DNA from: a virus
Taxonomy: Duplodnaviria; Caudoviricetes
Reading direction: 5' to 3' (one strand)
Virus record (IMG/VR): IMGVR_UViG_3300032216_002106
Coordinates: 12,059-76,058 of that record
DNA length: 64,000 bases
Under the pieces are notes generated by a model, which worked only from the letters and a program-made list of their open reading frames with translations, was not told the origin of the DNA and searched no databases. The translations under genes and the position numbers were made by a program. Numbering within the stretch: position 1 is the first letter of the stretch; the number at the start of each line of letters is the position of its first letter. This document shows positions 62,199 through 64,000 of the stretch, one piece after another.

Positions 62199-63200
62199 AT
62201 GGCATACGGCACAATCAAAGTTGATAACATTGTATTTACCAATGGTGGCGCTGATCAAAATATTACAGTTTCCGGTCTTGTATCTTCTACCTCTGGTAGT
62301 TTAACTGTCACAGGAACCATTTCTGGTGACACAGTTAAAGGTAATTACGGAAGTTTTACAAATCTAACCGGGGTCACCACTTCTGGTACAACTGCAAATT
62401 TTCAAACAATTACAGGTGCTGTAGGCGTTTATACAACAAGTATTTCTGGTGCCACAATTACCGGTACAGCAGTACGGGCAACCAGTATTACAGGCATAAC
62501 AGTTGTAGGGACAACAACTGTATCAGGGGCAACTATTACGGGTACCGCTGTTCAAGCAACTAGCATTACTGGCATAACAATTGTAGGGACAACAACTGTA
62601 TCAGGGGCAACTATTACGGGTACCGCTGTTCAAGCAACCAGCATTACAGGCATAACAATTGTAGGGACAACCACGGTTTCAGGCGCCACAATTACTGGTA
62701 CAACTGTTCAAGCAACTAGCATTACCGGCATAACAATTGTAGGTACAACCACGGTTTCAGGCGCCACAATTACTGGTACAACTGGAAGTTTTACTCAACT
62801 CAATGCTATAACAATTAGTGGTGGTATTTCCGGATACGCAGCTCTAAGCAGTACGGGACAAACTTATAGTGGCGGACAGCGTGGTGGTATCAGCACTCTT
62901 ACTTATGCTACTGGCATTGCCGCTGATTTTAGCTTAAGCAATAATTTTCAAGTCACATTGACCGGAAATACAGTATTTCAAAACCCAACCAATATTATTT
63001 CTGGTCAAGCTGGGTGTATTACAATTGTTCAAGGAAGTTCTGGTAACACTGCTGGATATGGTTCGTATTGGCATTATCCCGGTGGTTCAGGCAGCACACC
63101 GTCCCTTACCGCAACCAGTGGAGCTGTTGACATTCTTGTATACTATGTAAGGAATTCAACAAGCATTGCTTACAGACTGGTGCAAGACGTAAAGGCATAA
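62199..63200 (+). CDS. Thr/Gly-rich tail/fibre protein
   Basis: MAYGTIKVDNIVF start; 26-aa repeats; C-terminal GAVDILVYYV domain. Confidence 0.75.
   Translation: MAYGTIKVDNIVFTNGGADQNITVSGLVSSTSGSLTVTGTISGDTVKGNYGSFTNLTGVTTSGTTANFQTITGAVGVYTTSISGATITGTAVRATSITGITVVGTTTVSGATITGTAVQATSITGITIVGTTTVSGATITGTAVQATSITGITIVGTTTVSGATITGTTVQATSITGITIVGTTTVSGATITGTTGSFTQLNAITISGGISGYAALSSTGQTYSGGQRGGISTLTYATGIAADFSLSNNFQVTLTGNTVFQNPTNIISGQAGCITIVQGSSGNTAGYGSYWHYPGGSGSTPSLTATSGAVDILVYYVRNSTSIAYRLVQDVKA
62466..62777 (+). repeat. 78-bp (26-aa) tandem repeat x4
   Basis: TAVQATSITGITIVGTTTVSGATITG. Confidence 0.85.
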
Positions 63201-63233
63201 TTTTAAATTACCGATTTTTTTCAGGTTGATTAG

Positions 63234-64000
63234 ATGAGCATCCCCGCAAACGTCAATCCGCTTCTCTTAGCCGCTGATGCAGCCGCTGCTGGCGGATTCC
63301 AGGTGAGTAGATCCCTCCGCTACAACGGTCCAGATAGTTCGTACTGCGGGCGCGTTTTCCCCTCTGCCGGCAATAGAACCACTTGGACCTTCAGTGCATG
63401 GATAAAGAGATCGCAGCTAGGTGTCCTGCAAAGATTTTTTAGCGGCGCAACCGCAACCAACGATAACGATTGGATGGCATTTCTGTTCAATTCTTCTGAT
63501 CAGTTGGTTATTGGTGGGTATAACGTATATTTTAGAACCTCTAATTCAGTCTACAGAGATTGCTCAGCTTGGTATCATTTGGTTATTACCGCTAATCTGG
63601 GCAGCGGGACAGACGCTCTCAAGTTGCGTGCGTGGATTAACAATACTGAAGTCACTTGGACTAGCACTAGCACTAACCCCACGACTACAGGTATTAACTC
63701 GGCCAACAATCACGCCATTGGCGCAGAGCAAAGTCCAAACAACGGTGGTGTAGGCAGCTATTTCAACGGCTACCTTGCCAACATCCACTTTATCGACGGG
63801 CAAGCACTCACCCCGGCATCATTTGCGGAGACTGACGCAACCACCGGGCAGTGGATACCTAAAGCATTTAGCGGCGGCAGTTATGGCACCAATGGTTTCT
63901 ATCTGAAATTTGACGATAACTCCAGCAACACTGCCAGCACATTAGGGAAGGACTATAGCGGGCTGGGGAACAACTGGACCCCGAATAATTTTAGTGTTAC
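63234..64000 (+). CDS. Concanavalin A/LamG-like tail fibre (3'-truncated; not in the ORF track)
   Basis: MSIPANVNPLLL...SRSLRYN...TWTFSAWIKRS...SAWYHLV...YFNGYLANIHFIDGQALTP...YGTNGFYLKF. Confidence 0.85.
   Translation, partial: MSIPANVNPLLLAADAAAAGGFQVSRSLRYNGPDSSYCGRVFPSAGNRTTWTFSAWIKRSQLGVLQRFFSGATATNDNDWMAFLFNSSDQLVIGGYNVYFRTSNSVYRDCSAWYHLVITANLGSGTDALKLRAWINNTEVTWTSTSTNPTTTGINSANNHAIGAEQSPNNGGVGSYFNGYLANIHFIDGQALTPASFAETDATTGQWIPKAFSGGSYGTNGFYLKFDDNSSNTASTLGKDYSGLGNNWTPNNFSV

Noticed and set aside
61625-62777. DGR template/variable repeat pair
   Set aside because: Repeats are tandem and in-frame, differences are not adenine-specific, and no reverse transcriptase is in the window

Overview
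A 64-kb segment of a dsDNA phage genome, most likely a freshwater cyanophage. The gene content (family A DNA polymerase, Dps-like protein, dCTP deaminase, DUF3310, GH24 lysozyme, terminase) recalls the S-EIV1-type lineage; this is an inference from memory, not a search. Two arms diverge from a roughly 500-bp non-coding hub at about 25.3-25.85 kb. The minus-strand early/replication arm (about 4.5-25.3 kb) holds many small genes plus SSB, DNA pol A, Gp157-like, GP88-like and PcfJ-like proteins. The plus-strand late arm (about 26-64 kb) holds probable internal virion proteins, an intein-containing terminase, portal, scaffold, major capsid protein, three peptidoglycan hydrolases and tail fibres, interrupted by a minus-strand dcd/methyltransferase block. 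The standout signal is a layer of repeated RNA structures in the early arm. It comprises three unrelated small pseudoknot-forming leader families (8, 4 and 2 copies), three tRNA-like three-way junctions that start at upstream stop codons, and a roughly 400-nt ORF-poor region packed with stems. Compensatory changes or G-U pairs in these elements favour the minus (mRNA) strand. Other oddities are a class 3 (Pro-start) intein in the terminase Walker A, a circularly permuted M23 peptidase, a 548-nt portal/scaffold dual-coding overlap, a Dam-like methyltransferase with FPPS in place of NPPY, and a catalytically dead integrase remnant. All structures were folded by eye and all family assignments come from motif recognition; no database was searched.
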